Virus record (IMG/VR): IMGVR_UViG_3300034272_002779
Source: an uncultured virus (IMG/VR IMGVR_UViG_3300034272_002779)
Taxonomy: Duplodnaviria > Heunggongvirae > Uroviricota > Caudoviricetes
DNA: 64,000 nt
Reading direction: 5' to 3' (one strand)
Part shown: positions 1 to 9,941 of the stretch, piece after piece
Layout: every line of letters starts with the position of its first letter
Position numbering within the stretch: position 1 is the stretch's first letter
Notes under the pieces: model-generated
What the model was told of the DNA's origin: nothing
Database searches by the model: none
The model's input: only the letters and a program-made list of their open reading frames with translations
Program-made: the position numbers and the translations under genes

Positions 1-1
1 C

Positions 2-331
2 CAACAGGTTACCAAAGGCGGTGTGTTTGTTGGCAGCAACAAGCTTAAGCACAATACCACAGGTATGATGGAGCTCCGCCTATGTGCCGACAGCAATTCC
101 CCTTACATGGTCTTTGCTAAGAACCGTAGAGGTTCGGTTGGCAAGCGCATGTTCTACTCTCTATCAACAACTGGTGATGTTCACTATGACGTTAAGAGAT
201 TTAGCAATGACGAAAATGCTCGTGAAACTCTAGCTTCGGAAAGAGCTCAATTGGAGAACGAAGAAGGCTCTTTCGACGCATTATTCGGAATGGGCTTAGG
301 AGAAGATAATGAGATCGGTGGGGATATTTAA
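2..331 (+). CDS. C-terminal part of a RadA/Sms-like ATPase (begins before the window)
   Basis: Frame is open from base 2: QQVTKGGVFVGSNKLKH...AKNR resembles RadA HVTKEG..AGP.VLEH...KNR. Confidence 0.55.
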   Translation, partial: QQVTKGGVFVGSNKLKHNTTGMMELRLCADSNSPYMVFAKNRRGSVGKRMFYSLSTTGDVHYDVKRFSNDENARETLASERAQLENEEGSFDALFGMGLGEDNEIGGDI

Positions 332-396
332 TCCCCACTTTATTTTTTTTCCTCGGGACTAGTTGTTATTTTAGCTGGTAATCAAAACAAACGCAA

Positions 397-1491
397 ATGA
401 AAAAATTAGAAACAATCTCGCAGTCATTATTTGACGCGAAAGCAGCGGAAGCTGTAGCAAAGAACCCAATCAGAAAGGAGGTTCCTTTAAAAAACATCGA
501 AATACTAAAAGACGACCAGATGCTGGTCGATGGTGTTAAGATCAAAATGAACAGGGACGCTTTTAAGTCCATATGTAAAATAGTCGGTCTTCCGGTTGGC
601 TTTGACAAAACCTTCTCCTCCGCATTTGGGGATAAAGCTCGTCAGGCTTTAGTTAATCGTCTGAAGACAGCGAAGCAGGCTAATGGTTCAACACACGTAT
701 CACTCGTGGTAAACCCGGATACACGTCAAATCATTTCAGTTCAGAAAGATCCACGTGACCTTATCAGCAACTCTTCTTTTCTTAAGACAACCACGGAGAT
801 TATAGACCGTTACAATTTGGACGTAAAGGATTTCTCAATCGGAGAAAATGGATCAGTCGTTATTAATACGGTGTCTCCTAAGAACGTCTGGGGCTTTGAA
901 GGTCTAAAGGACGAGGATCATTTTGGAGGTGCAACCTTTATCAATAGTCCAGACGGCGGATTTAGAGTATCAAGCTTCCTTCACCGACTGGTATGCGCCA
1001 ACGGTATGATAGGTACTGGCTTCGACGAAACACTCGCTTTAAATCCTTCAGATCCACTCAGCTTCGAAAAGTTCTACAGCAGTCTTAATGAGTTGGCAAT
1101 GGTTGGATTTAGACCTAAGGGATATGAAAACCGCATCCGTCTGGCAATGCACACCAGAGCATCACTCAACGAGTTAGAGACAGCGCACTCAGCAATTCGT
1201 TCTTTATCCGACGGTATCCACAGAGAGTTGGAAGCTTGGGTTCCTTACCATAGCACAATGGAAGCTTTTTATAAAGCTGGTATCGATGCGGTATTCCTTA
1301 ACACCAACCAAAAGAAGTCATCCCGTACAGGAACGACGGTGTGGGATTTGGTTAACGGAATTACTCACTTTGCAACTCACGATAATGGATTTACGATATC
1401 GGACTATGATCGTCGTAGACTTCAGGTAGAAGCATCACGTATCTTAACCAAAGATTTCGACATGATGAACATCGTGAAGAGTCCTTTCTAA
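397..1491 (+). CDS. DUF932-like phage protein
   Basis: 364 aa ORF with RLVCANGM motif and TVWDLVNGIT near the C-terminus. Confidence 0.55.
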   Translation: MKKLETISQSLFDAKAAEAVAKNPIRKEVPLKNIEILKDDQMLVDGVKIKMNRDAFKSICKIVGLPVGFDKTFSSAFGDKARQALVNRLKTAKQANGSTHVSLVVNPDTRQIISVQKDPRDLISNSSFLKTTTEIIDRYNLDVKDFSIGENGSVVINTVSPKNVWGFEGLKDEDHFGGATFINSPDGGFRVSSFLHRLVCANGMIGTGFDETLALNPSDPLSFEKFYSSLNELAMVGFRPKGYENRIRLAMHTRASLNELETAHSAIRSLSDGIHRELEAWVPYHSTMEAFYKAGIDAVFLNTNQKKSSRTGTTVWDLVNGITHFATHDNGFTISDYDRRRLQVEASRILTKDFDMMNIVKSPF

Positions 1492-1667
1492 TGCCTATAG
1501 AAAGACAAGATAATAAAGAGCTAAGAGAAACCCTCTTAGCTCTTTTTCGTAAGGTATACCCAAAGGGTAAACCAGAGAAGCAAAAACAAATGTGTGAGGA
1601 TTTACCCGAGGAGAGAATAAAGTATTACGTAAAGCTTCTAGAAGATTCTAAGAAGGCCCAAAGATAG
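1491..1667 (+). CDS. possible 58 aa hypothetical protein running through a terminator hairpin
   Basis: TAATG-coupled start, MPIERQDNKELRETLLALFRK...; overlaps hairpin at 1516-1548. Confidence 0.3.
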   Translation: MPIERQDNKELRETLLALFRKVYPKGKPEKQKQMCEDLPEERIKYYVKLLEDSKKAQR

Positions 1668-1719
1668 TATGATCGTAACATACTCTTGGACGCGGGCCTC
1701 GCACGTATAAATTCTCGAT

Positions 1720-1775
1720 TTAATTTTTTTTCCTGAAACCAAATCCTTATATTTAAGATAACCAATTAAAAAAAG
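1720..1775 (+). promoter_or_regulatory. repeated early promoter (representative copy; about 25 copies in 1-17 kb, more at ~38310, 39600, 41620, 42210, 44580)
   Basis: T-tract-(A/T)TCC, ~12 nt, TAnnTT(T)(G/A) matching the Bacteroidota -7 element TAnnTTTG, then ATAACCAATTAAAA and ATG. Confidence 0.8.
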
Positions 1776-1778
1776 AAC

Positions 1779-2207
1779 ATGGCAACAAGAAGCAGAATCG
1801 CAATTGAAACTCCGGCAGGAAAGGTAAGATCTATTTACTGCCACTGGGATGGATATCCAGAACGCAACGGTAAAATCCTCTTTGAGCATTACTCAGATCC
1901 AGAAAAGCTAACTAAGCTAATTGAGCTTGGAGCTATCAGTAGCTTAGCTCCCGAGGTGAGCACGGATAAGCCACACACATTCGATTCACCTGCAAAAGGT
2001 GTGGTTGTAGCTTATAGAAGAGACCGGGGTGAAAAGGATGTTGACTTCGACTACCATCTAAACGCAGACCATTTCTTTGGAGGAGATATTCAAGAGTGGG
2101 GATACCTACTTACAAAAGAAGGAGTTTGGAAAGTTAAGTATTGCGAAGAGGAAATTCGGGATTTGGAAGATGTTCTTAAAGAAATAGAAGAGATGGAATT
2201 GGAATAG
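1779..2207 (+). CDS. conserved phage hypothetical protein
   Basis: MATRSRI...SIYCHWDGYP motif; promoter upstream, terminator downstream. Confidence 0.8.
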   Translation: MATRSRIAIETPAGKVRSIYCHWDGYPERNGKILFEHYSDPEKLTKLIELGAISSLAPEVSTDKPHTFDSPAKGVVVAYRRDRGEKDVDFDYHLNADHFFGGDIQEWGYLLTKEGVWKVKYCEEEIRDLEDVLKEIEEMELE

Positions 2208-2231
2208 GTTAGGTTGGATTGGTTATAACGG

Positions 2232-2259
2232 AGTCCGGGCATTTGCTCGGACTTTTTTG
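2232..2259 (+). terminator. intrinsic terminator (representative; similar ones end most early cassettes)
   Basis: AGTCCGGGCA-tt-TGCTCGGACT hairpin followed by a T-run. Confidence 0.8.
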
Positions 2260-2393
2260 TTGTTAACAGGCGGATGCTAATGTCTCCACCCAAACACCGT
2301 GGAAGAGTTGGCCGGAGAAAAATATTTGGGATTATTTTTTTATCCCAAACTAGATTCTTACTTTTATCTCATAACCAATTAAAACAAAAAGAT

Positions 2394-2828
2394 ATGGGCT
2401 TCTTCAGCTGGAACACATGCGATACCGGAGAGAGTATCGCAAACGCTTACTCAACTCGACCAACATTCCCGGTCCACATGATTACTCCCGATGGAAGAGT
2501 ATTTACCGAGGAGAATTATGAAGGGTACGGAGAGTTTGGAGGTAAGGATTTTCACGAACTTCTTGCAGAGTTAAATGGATTGGAATCTGATCGTGATGCG
2601 GGGATAGATCTAACATTTAAGAATAATCCAAGCGGGGACAATACTCCAGGTGTGATTTATCCAAAGCTCGTTGAATGTTTGGAGGATGATGTTGTTACAC
2701 AATACAACAACTTACCTAATCCAGAATCATGCGAAGCTCAAGGATACTTCTACGGTGATGATGAAGAAGAGGAGGAAGATGAGTGGGAAGAAGAGGAGTG
2801 GGAAGAGGAAGAAGATGATGAAGAATAA
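2394..2828 (+). CDS. hypothetical protein with acidic tail
   Basis: Start moved to the ATG after the promoter/leader (MGFFSW...); D/E-rich C-terminus. Confidence 0.8.
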   Translation: MGFFSWNTCDTGESIANAYSTRPTFPVHMITPDGRVFTEENYEGYGEFGGKDFHELLAELNGLESDRDAGIDLTFKNNPSGDNTPGVIYPKLVECLEDDVVTQYNNLPNPESCEAQGYFYGDDEEEEEDEWEEEEWEEEEDDEE

Positions 2829-2913
2829 ACATTAACATGACTAGATAACAAGGGATGGACTTAGGTCTGTCCCTTTTTTGTTGTGCTCGGTTTCCGATCA
2901 ATCTCCCTTGAAA

Positions 2914-2930
2914 CACCGTCGCCGACGGTG
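2914..2930. repeat. 17-bp palindrome CACCGT-N5-ACGGTG
   Basis: CACCGTCGCCGACGGTG; repeated between terminators and promoters across 2-17 kb. Confidence 0.85.
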
Positions 2931-3027
2931 GACGAATCCAGATCGAATCCAGGAAAAAGTTTTCGATTTTATTTTTTTTCCTAACCCTATTTCTTATTTT
3001 TATATCTAACCAATTAAAATAATAAAT

Positions 3028-3219
3028 ATGACAAATCTAGAGTTAGAAAAAGAGCTAAGAGAAGAATGGAAAAAATGGCAGGCAAATGCCCATCCAGATG
3101 ATCGCATGTCATTCATGGACTATGTTGATGAAGTGGGGATATTCAAGAATCACCGAATAATTGTTAACAGAGATCGATATGGTGATGTTGAAGCGATCAC
3201 ATTTTATTCTTTAGGTTAA
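3028..3219 (+). CDS. hypothetical protein
   Basis: ORF behind repeated promoter. Confidence 0.7.
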   Translation: MTNLELEKELREEWKKWQANAHPDDRMSFMDYVDEVGIFKNHRIIVNRDRYGDVEAITFYSLG

Positions 3220-3297
3220 TTAAAAAAAGCCCGGGTTAATTTTTTATCCCGGGCTTTTTGTGTTATTTTTACTTCATAACCAATTAAAACAGAACAA

Positions 3298-3621
3298 ATG
3301 GAAAATGAAAAAAAATTATTCGTTGCCCAGGGATACGTACTAGGCAACTTATGGGGAGGAGGCCTAGGTGCCTACCCTACCATCACCATCTCAGGAGAAT
3401 CAGAAGAGATTGTACTTGAGCAAGCAGAGAAAGAACTAAAGACAGGAGGATTAGACCGAGGTATGGGATTCGAAAGCCTTACAGGAGCTTTGCTCAATAT
3501 TGAAAGAATCATTCATATAGAGATCGACGGTATGCCTTTCACCAACCGAACAACAACTCAGAAAACCATTGGGAACTTGGATGAAATGGATATTGAATTT
3601 CTAAAAGATCTGATCCCATGA
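3298..3621 (+). CDS. hypothetical protein
   Basis: ORF behind repeated promoter. Confidence 0.75.
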   Translation: MENEKKLFVAQGYVLGNLWGGGLGAYPTITISGESEEIVLEQAEKELKTGGLDRGMGFESLTGALLNIERIIHIEIDGMPFTNRTTTQKTIGNLDEMDIEFLKDLIP

Positions 3622-3929
3622 GAGTTTATCACGCAACAGCAGTATCCAATGTTGAGTCTATCAGAGAGAAAGGACTCCTGAAAGTTTGGGAAGGTGTTTA
3701 CCTAACAGATTCCGAGGAGTCTGCACAGAGATGGATAGGATTCAGATTGAAAGCAATGGGACATGATAAGATGGCAATCATCGAGGCCGAGGTGAATCCA
3801 CGCAGCCTGATCGAGGGCACAGATCACTCTCCTATCATGGAACTCATCTTCGGTGTGGGCAAGAGCTTGCTCAGTCCTAAAGCGATTCCAGTATCCAAGA
3901 TTAAAAACATAAAGATTGTTTCTATTTAA
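3618..3929 (+). CDS. small ADP-ribosyltransferase/KptA-like fold protein
   Basis: YHAT...SI...GL...GVYL...IP..KI pattern typical of NAD-binding ART-fold domains. Confidence 0.5.
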   Translation: MRVYHATAVSNVESIREKGLLKVWEGVYLTDSEESAQRWIGFRLKAMGHDKMAIIEAEVNPRSLIEGTDHSPIMELIFGVGKSLLSPKAIPVSKIKNIKIVSI

Positions 3930-3939
3930 ATTCAAGGTC

Positions 3940-4200
3940 ATGACTAATAAAAAAGTTCTAGAAAGATATCCCACTGCAATAGCTGTAGAATACAAAACCA
4001 AATTTGATGTTGGGTTTGTTGGGAAAGGTGTGAAATTCTACATCATCCAGGAGAGCAAGGATTCTGAGTATGCTTTGGGATTTGCCCACTCAGAGAGAGG
4101 TGCATGGCAAATGGCAGAATCGTGGTTAGGGAATGATATGTCGATGTTCAAAGATTACAAAGGGTATCCGATTGAAGATGCCAAATTAGAAATGGAATAG
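3940..4200 (+). CDS. hypothetical protein
   Basis: ATG start after the previous stop. Confidence 0.65.
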   Translation: MTNKKVLERYPTAIAVEYKTKFDVGFVGKGVKFYIIQESKDSEYALGFAHSERGAWQMAESWLGNDMSMFKDYKGYPIEDAKLEME

Positions 4201-4269
4201 CCTCTGGTTTATTTTTTTATCCCAGTCTGGATTATTACTTTTATCTCATAACCAATTAAAACAAAGAGT

Positions 4270-4614
4270 ATGCCTTTGAATTTTGATCTAAGAAAAATCA
4301 GTCATCACAAAAGACTGTACAGAAAGAATCCGAACGGAACTTTCAAACTCAACCAAATTGCTGAAACGATTATCCTATCCACAATGAGCGTGGGTATGCG
4401 TTCGATTACAGAAAAGAACTGGGAGAAGTTCTACAACCGTTTACATCTACTGGAGACGATCCACGGTAGCTTCTTCTATTCCCGAAAGAGAGGCAAGATG
4501 GTTCAGAGATACATTACCAAGGATGAGGTGAAGAGAATGATTGGGCTGGAAGTGAATGCCTCTGAGCTAACATCAAAACAATTCTTAAAAAGATTTGAAA
4601 AACATCAGTTCTGA
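4270..4614 (+). CDS. hypothetical basic protein
   Basis: ORF behind repeated promoter. Confidence 0.75.
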   Translation: MPLNFDLRKISHHKRLYRKNPNGTFKLNQIAETIILSTMSVGMRSITEKNWEKFYNRLHLLETIHGSFFYSRKRGKMVQRYITKDEVKRMIGLEVNASELTSKQFLKRFEKHQF

Positions 4615-4800
4615 TCCTGCTTTAGGAACTGATGAAAAGGTCTCGGTTAATCCGGGACCTTTTTTGTGTGTGCTGAATTCGCAGCAGCTGGTAACACCGT
4701 CGGCAGTGCTGAGGAAACTTTAACGAAATTACAGCGTAAATATTTTTTTATACCTGTGCTAAATGCTTATATTTGATCAAACATAAAAATAAAAAGAAGC

Positions 4801-5202
4801 ATGAATCAAGTTAAAGTATTCGAGTTCTTTCAAGAAGGGGAAGGAGGAACACCAGTATCCAATTTGTCTAGTACATCCTATTGGGCAGAGTTTGATGAGA
4901 ACGACGGAAAAACAGCAGATGACTGGGCCAACGATCCAGGATTTCAAAATCTAGAGAAGAATCTGGGTATTAGTCCAGATTATCTTTTAGCTCTCAATAG
5001 CGAGGGTGATGATGTTGAAAAATTCAAAGGTGTGATTGCCAATTCATTACCAGAGAAAACTGTTAAGAGCACTCAGGAATATGTGACCAGTTGGGAGTAC
5101 TACACAGATTTAGGTATTGCAGTTGCCTGTGGTAATGGAGGTGCACCAGATTGGTTTTTCGTATTGAAGACTCCAGAAGTAGAATTAGTAGAGGCTATCT
5201 AA
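4801..5202 (+). CDS. hypothetical protein
   Basis: Promoter TATATTTG upstream, terminator downstream. Confidence 0.75.
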   Translation: MNQVKVFEFFQEGEGGTPVSNLSSTSYWAEFDENDGKTADDWANDPGFQNLEKNLGISPDYLLALNSEGDDVEKFKGVIANSLPEKTVKSTQEYVTSWEYYTDLGIAVACGNGGAPDWFFVLKTPEVELVEAI

Positions 5203-5412
5203 AACTATTTCACAAAAAATCCTCAGACTATCTGGGGATTTTTTGTGGCCAAATGGTTCGTCATCTTCTTTCTCTTTGAGTAACACCGTCGACGGTATAC
5301 ACACATTCACGTTTAACTTATTTGCTAAAAGATTAAACAAAAATAATCCGGGTTTATTTTTTATCCTGGGTTAGAATGGTTAAATTAGCTATAACCAATT
5401 AATAACAAAACA

Positions 5413-5856
5413 ATGCTAACCTTAAAAGTAGGAGACAATCTCCACATCTCAGGAAACCAAGTTATCAGCTATGATACTGTAGTTGCAGAGATATCAGGCA
5501 ACAGTCTTATAGAGTTAGGTAAATACTCTAGAACAACAACCAAGCACATCCATAAGATCACAGATCTATTTGGACTCAACCTCATCAGATCCAACAAGAG
5601 GAGAGATGACTTCCACTGGTATGAATATGGTGTCAAAACAAAATTTGACTCAGCCCTCGGTGTCAAGGCAACCGAACAGATAGCTGAAATAGTTAGGGAG
5701 GGGGCCTCGATAGAGAATGCAATCTACCTTGTTGATCTCACTAAGCTTCGTAAGAAGGACAGAGAGGAGTTAGAGTATTTGTTATCCAAGAAAGGAATCT
5801 CAGATGAGAAGATAGCAGCTCTAAAGTCATGGTACTCCATTCGAAATATGCTGTAG
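5413..5856 (+). CDS. hypothetical phage protein
   Basis: SYDTVVA...YSRTTTKH motif; promoter upstream. Confidence 0.75.
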   Translation: MLTLKVGDNLHISGNQVISYDTVVAEISGNSLIELGKYSRTTTKHIHKITDLFGLNLIRSNKRRDDFHWYEYGVKTKFDSALGVKATEQIAEIVREGASIENAIYLVDLTKLRKKDREELEYLLSKKGISDEKIAALKSWYSIRNML

Positions 5857-5916
5857 GTAATTTTTTTATCCCGGGCTAAATTCTTATATTTAAGTTAACC
5901 AATTAAAACGAATCTT

Positions 5917-6129
5917 ATGGAAGATGTAATCATCGACAAGCTAACTAAGATGAAGAGAGACAAGAAGTACGCTGCTCTATCACTTCATCCACCATTCGGG
6001 TCTAAAGTTATCCAAAGAGAAAATAACAGGCTATTTATCAACGAGGGAAGGGACGGTAAGTTCGAAGGGGTTTCCGAGGAGTTATACGATGAGTTGGTTG
6101 GCAAATTTGATTCACGATATAGAAGATAG
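5917..6129 (+). CDS. hypothetical protein
   Basis: ORF behind repeated promoter. Confidence 0.7.
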   Translation: MEDVIIDKLTKMKRDKKYAALSLHPPFGSKVIQRENNRLFINEGRDGKFEGVSEELYDELVGKFDSRYRR

Positions 6130-6133
6130 AAAC

Positions 6134-6382
6134 ATGGAAAAAGATTTAGTTTTTAGAGCAATCGTTACTGGGCCTAAGGAATACCTTCCTGAGGGTACAC
6201 TTATAGAGAACTTTGTAATCTCACCTTATGATGTTGATGAGGTGAGAGAGGACGGAGAGACCGAGGATGATGCTATTGCATATCTGAAGGAAGAGTACAT
6301 AGCCGAGTGGGAACAACGGTGGTGCAAGGTGCAGCTGTTTACCGAAGAAGAGTATCAACAAATCAAAAACCAAATACCATGA
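6134..6382 (+). CDS. hypothetical protein
   Basis: Start reassigned to MEKDLVF. Confidence 0.7.
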   Translation: MEKDLVFRAIVTGPKEYLPEGTLIENFVISPYDVDEVREDGETEDDAIAYLKEEYIAEWEQRWCKVQLFTEEEYQQIKNQIP

Positions 6383-6606
6383 CAAGAAAAATTGACATTA
6401 GAATCTGTGGGAGAAAGATTGAGGGTTATCCAACGGTGAGCCGAACGATCACGTTTGACACGATAGAAGAACTTATCAGGAAGGCAGACAATGCTATAGA
6501 AGAAACATGCTTCGGTAAGGTGGATTGCTATGTAGATAACTTCAGGGATATTTTGAATTCGGAAGAAGTTAAAATTTTAGAAGCTGATTATTTTATTGTG
6601 GATTAA
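6379..6606 (+). CDS. hypothetical protein
   Basis: ATGA overlap with the previous gene. Confidence 0.7.
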   Translation: MTRKIDIRICGRKIEGYPTVSRTITFDTIEELIRKADNAIEETCFGKVDCYVDNFRDILNSEEVKILEADYFIVD

Positions 6607-6662
6607 TTTTTTTTCCTGGATAGTGATTCTTATATTTAAGATAACCAATTAAAACAAAGAAC

Positions 6663-6827
6663 ATGAATTCAGACGATGAAAAAGAAAGAGAGGAGTTCTT
6701 CAAAGCTCTGTCAGAGCATATCTCCCGAGTAGAAAGAGAGGTTGCAAAAATGCTATTCCTCGCACACAACCCACACGTTCAGGTTTTAGAGAGCAAAAAT
6801 TATGAATTGATTGTTTGTCTAAACTAA
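6663..6827 (+). CDS. 54 aa hypothetical protein (not in ORF track)
   Basis: ATG directly after promoter/leader; MNSDDEKERE... Confidence 0.65.
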   Translation: MNSDDEKEREEFFKALSEHISRVEREVAKMLFLAHNPHVQVLESKNYELIVCLN

Positions 6828-6833
6828 GAAGCC

Positions 6834-7103
6834 ATGGAAGAAAAGATTCAAACCATCTTAGAAAGATTTGACTTCCAGAAGGTGAGAGATTATATGATCC
6901 TCACCAACTGGACTTGGGTCAATCAACACGGACAATCAGTTCCCTCGGTGGATGAGATAAGATCAACTGCGTCTAGATTATTAAGAGCTGTTGCTTCTGA
7001 TGAGAAGGAATACTCAAGCACTGGAACTGGTGGATTAGTTGCTCACAAATTCCCTTGGGGATTAGATCTTCATTTCGCTTTGGAAAGAAGATCATCCTAC
7101 TGA
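6834..7103 (+). CDS. hypothetical phage protein
   Basis: FDFQKV..M....W.W...P....TGG motif. Confidence 0.75.
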   Translation: MEEKIQTILERFDFQKVRDYMILTNWTWVNQHGQSVPSVDEIRSTASRLLRAVASDEKEYSSTGTGGLVAHKFPWGLDLHFALERRSSY

Positions 7104-7160
7104 TCCCATACATAGTATGGTGGTAAGATACTCTCGCTCGCGCACATAAAAACCAAAAAA

Positions 7161-7487
7161 ATGAAAACAGTTTCAAGAGAAGAAGCAGCAAAGACGAGTC
7201 CTGACTATGCAGAGATCATGAGAAAGGAATCGCACCATGACCACGAAATCATCGAGGATGAGCAAGGTACATGGAGATGGAAGTCTCAGCCAACGGTGAA
7301 GACGATTCTAGATCGAATCAACTTCAATGATGTATGGATGTTATTTCATCACATGGGCTTAGGTAAGAATGATGAGAGTGTCAGAAAGCTTTATCGTGAT
7401 ATGGGTTATTCATTGAGCGGGTACTGGGAGATATTCTACTGGGAGATGAACAACGAGGATGCGGATCAATACCGTCCCGAGGTGTAA
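7161..7487 (+). CDS. hypothetical phage protein
   Basis: GYSLSGY motif; terminator downstream. Confidence 0.75.
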   Translation: MKTVSREEAAKTSPDYAEIMRKESHHDHEIIEDEQGTWRWKSQPTVKTILDRINFNDVWMLFHHMGLGKNDESVRKLYRDMGYSLSGYWEIFYWEMNNEDADQYRPEV

Positions 7488-7603
7488 CCTCCATAGAGCA
7501 ACAACAAAAAAGTCTCAGAATTTCTGAGACTTTTTTTGTGAGTTATGGATTCGTGCATGGAGGAAATACCGTTGGCGACGGTGTAATCTACTAGACGATC
7601 GGA

Positions 7604-8005
7604 TTAATCATATGTCATTATTCGAGGAACACAGATGTCAGTGGATGTTATTTCAACTCCAGGAATAGCTTTACCAAATAAATTAGACTTAGCAGATGAT
7701 GATGCTTTGTATTTACCTGAGAAATATAATTTGTTATTGTAACCCATTTTGAATTTAGGAAATAGGCTAGCTTCCCATCTTCCGTCAGGATAGAAATCTA
7801 CGGTAAAAGTTTTGTAGGCGGAGAAAGATGTGCTCATAGTATTCTTTATTTCGACCTCCCAGTGATTTGCAATCGGATTCTTATTCCAAGGACCACCGTG
7901 AGGTGTTGCAGTTTTAGCACCGATCTTTTTAAGGAATTCTGGCATTTTGGGTAATGCTGCTGCTTCATTAATTTCTTCTCCGTAAGATTTGATGTTGTTT
8001 AGCAT
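7604..8005 (-). CDS. N-terminally tagged putative virion internal protein
   Basis: MLNNIKSYGEEINEA; GATATATA upstream on the minus strand. Confidence 0.65.
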   Translation of the reverse strand: MLNNIKSYGEEINEAAALPKMPEFLKKIGAKTATPHGGPWNKNPIANHWEVEIKNTMSTSFSAYKTFTVDFYPDGRWEASLFPKFKMGYNNKLYFSGKYKASSSAKSNLFGKAIPGVEITSTDICVPRIMTYD

Positions 8006-8152
8006 GATTTATTCTTTATTTGATGTATATATCTGCTTTCAGTCGTCAAGCTGTAGACAGTTGATTACACCTCGGAAACTTTTTTATCCCGGTTAATCTT
8101 TTTTATCCTGTAGTAGTTATGTATATTAGCTACATTAACCAATTTAGATGTT

Positions 8153-8467
8153 ATGGGATTTGTAAAGATAACTTGTATAACGGAAAATCCGGTATATTAT
8201 ACTAACAAGAGGAGATCGAACGTAGCACTCGTTTCAGTATTTGATAAGAACAATCCGCTGGGAACTCTAAAGAAAATCGGTGGAAATCACCCTTTCATGT
8301 TTATTGATCTCAAGGAGTATTTGGAAGATTTACATGAAATTTCAGAGGAGTTCAATATTGAGGATTGGGAGTTTCAACTTGATTATTCTAATACCGAAAG
8401 CGATAGCTATTTAGTTGCAAAGGAAGAAGAGATTAGTGAGGAGGAATACACAAATCTCATCAGGTAG
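8153..8467 (+). CDS. hypothetical protein
   Basis: ORF behind promoter variant. Confidence 0.7.
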   Translation: MGFVKITCITENPVYYTNKRRSNVALVSVFDKNNPLGTLKKIGGNHPFMFIDLKEYLEDLHEISEEFNIEDWEFQLDYSNTESDSYLVAKEEEISEEEYTNLIR

Positions 8468-8552
8468 AAAGTGAGATAATTTTATCCCGGTTAATTTTTT
8501 TATCCTAGGTCTAATTGTTATATTTGTATCATAACCAATTAAAGCAATCCTC

Positions 8553-8708
8553 ATGTACTCATTGAACTGTGATTATTATACCCGAGAGTTTTCTACTGTT
8601 GATGAACTCATCTCTGATATCATGTCCTCTGGCATGGATCCCAACTATGAAATAACTTTCAACGGTGTTTCCACTGGAGAACTCGCCGCTGACTTACTCC
8701 AATACTAA
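8553..8708 (+). CDS. 51 aa hypothetical protein (not in ORF track)
   Basis: MYSLNCDYY...GMDPNYEIT directly after promoter. Confidence 0.7.
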   Translation: MYSLNCDYYTREFSTVDELISDIMSSGMDPNYEITFNGVSTGELAADLLQY

Positions 8709-8710
8709 CC

Positions 8711-8824
8711 ATGGAAAAGATTGAGGTTACCATACAGGAAATCCAGATGGTCACAAGGCCTAATGTGTACAAGAATCGGAAGAAATACACCCGTAAAAAA
8801 AAGCATAAAAAAGACCCGGAATAA
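8711..8824 (+). CDS. 37 aa basic peptide
   Basis: MEKIEVTIQEIQMVTRPNVYKNRKKYTRKKKHKKDPE. Confidence 0.6.
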   Translation: MEKIEVTIQEIQMVTRPNVYKNRKKYTRKKKHKKDPE

Positions 8825-8882
8825 TTTTTTTATCCCGGGTTAGAACCTTACTTTTACTTTATAACCAATTAAAAAATATCCT

Positions 8883-9134
8883 ATGTCAGCTTCATTAGTT
8901 ACAATCACACACGAGGTTCTTAAGGAAAGACTTCGCAGAGGAACAGTTCGTTTCTACTTCAGAAAAACAGACGGATCCCTTCGCATCGCAATGGGAACAT
9001 TGGACCTCACAAGAGTTCCTACATCAGGTCAGCCTAAGGGTGGCAACGCACCACAAGGGGTAACCACTTTCTTCGACCTGGAGAAGAACGCTTGGAGATC
9101 GGTTTCCCACACTCAGCAAATTTGGATTGATTAA
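8883..9134 (+). CDS. WYL_2/SH3 beta-barrel (DUF2693-like) protein
   Basis: V.FYFRK.DGSLR.A.GTL ... FFDLEKNAWRS. Confidence 0.7.
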   Translation: MSASLVTITHEVLKERLRRGTVRFYFRKTDGSLRIAMGTLDLTRVPTSGQPKGGNAPQGVTTFFDLEKNAWRSVSHTQQIWID

Positions 9135-9158
9135 GTCTAACCACAAAAACACAAAGTC

Positions 9159-9395
9159 ATGTACATAGTAATCACGACACACCCCGACGGGGATTCATAC
9201 ATGGTAACGGCAGACCAAGGGAAAGCAAAGGCTCATTTCGATTCCGAGGTGGAACGATCCAGCGATTCAGTATTCTCAGATTCACAATGTCCGATATACC
9301 TGGCCGAGGTGAAAGACGGAGAGCGATTCGGATTTGGCGGTTGGGGAGAAATACATGGGTGCGAGATCCTCGAAGAGCATTATCCAGAGGATTAA
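9159..9395 (+). CDS. hypothetical protein
   Basis: ORF in operon. Confidence 0.65.
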   Translation: MYIVITTHPDGDSYMVTADQGKAKAHFDSEVERSSDSVFSDSQCPIYLAEVKDGERFGFGGWGEIHGCEILEEHYPED

Positions 9396-9452
9396 TTTTT
9401 TATCCCGAACTAAGTTCTTATATTTGATTCACAAACCAATTAAATTCACGAT

Positions 9453-9740
9453 ATGAACAAAAATCGAGATCCAAAGACTGGACGTTTTATTTCCTCAAAA
9501 GGAACAGGTCCACAAGCATCTTCAATGACAGTAGGTCAGAAGATTCACAAAGTCCTTACAGCAGGCATCAAGGTGTTTGGCAAAAAGGACATCTCAGGAA
9601 CACCAACCACAATGGCTCAAGGATCCTCGGTGATTCTAGAGAAGACATCCGAGATTGGTCCAACAGGAACAGCCGTTGTTCGAGTTAAGAAAGAAAACTC
9701 AACCCGCACGTTCTACACAGTAGAAGAGAACATTTCATAA
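9453..9740 (+). CDS. hypothetical basic protein
   Basis: RDPKTGRF motif; promoter upstream, terminator downstream. Confidence 0.7.
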   Translation: MNKNRDPKTGRFISSKGTGPQASSMTVGQKIHKVLTAGIKVFGKKDISGTPTTMAQGSSVILEKTSEIGPTGTAVVRVKKENSTRTFYTVEENIS

Positions 9741-9814
9741 ATCTCCTCAACTCCATATATAGAAAAGAGAGACCTTCGGGTCTCTTTTTTTGTGCAGCTG
9801 GATTTGCAGCTGTT

Positions 9815-9862
9815 GCAGCTGGAAACACCGTCGCCAACGGTGGACGAATCCAGATCGATTCC
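9815..9862. repeat. extended cassette repeat GCAGCTGGAAA-CACCGTCGCCAACGGTG-GA
   Basis: Near-identical to 2911-2950, 10378-10400, 11124-11155, 14575-14605. Confidence 0.85.
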
Positions 9863-9941
9863 GGCCAAAAAGTTTTAGATTTTATTTTTTTCCCCAGCCT
9901 TAAATTCTTATATTTGTATCATAACCAATCAAAAAACAACC

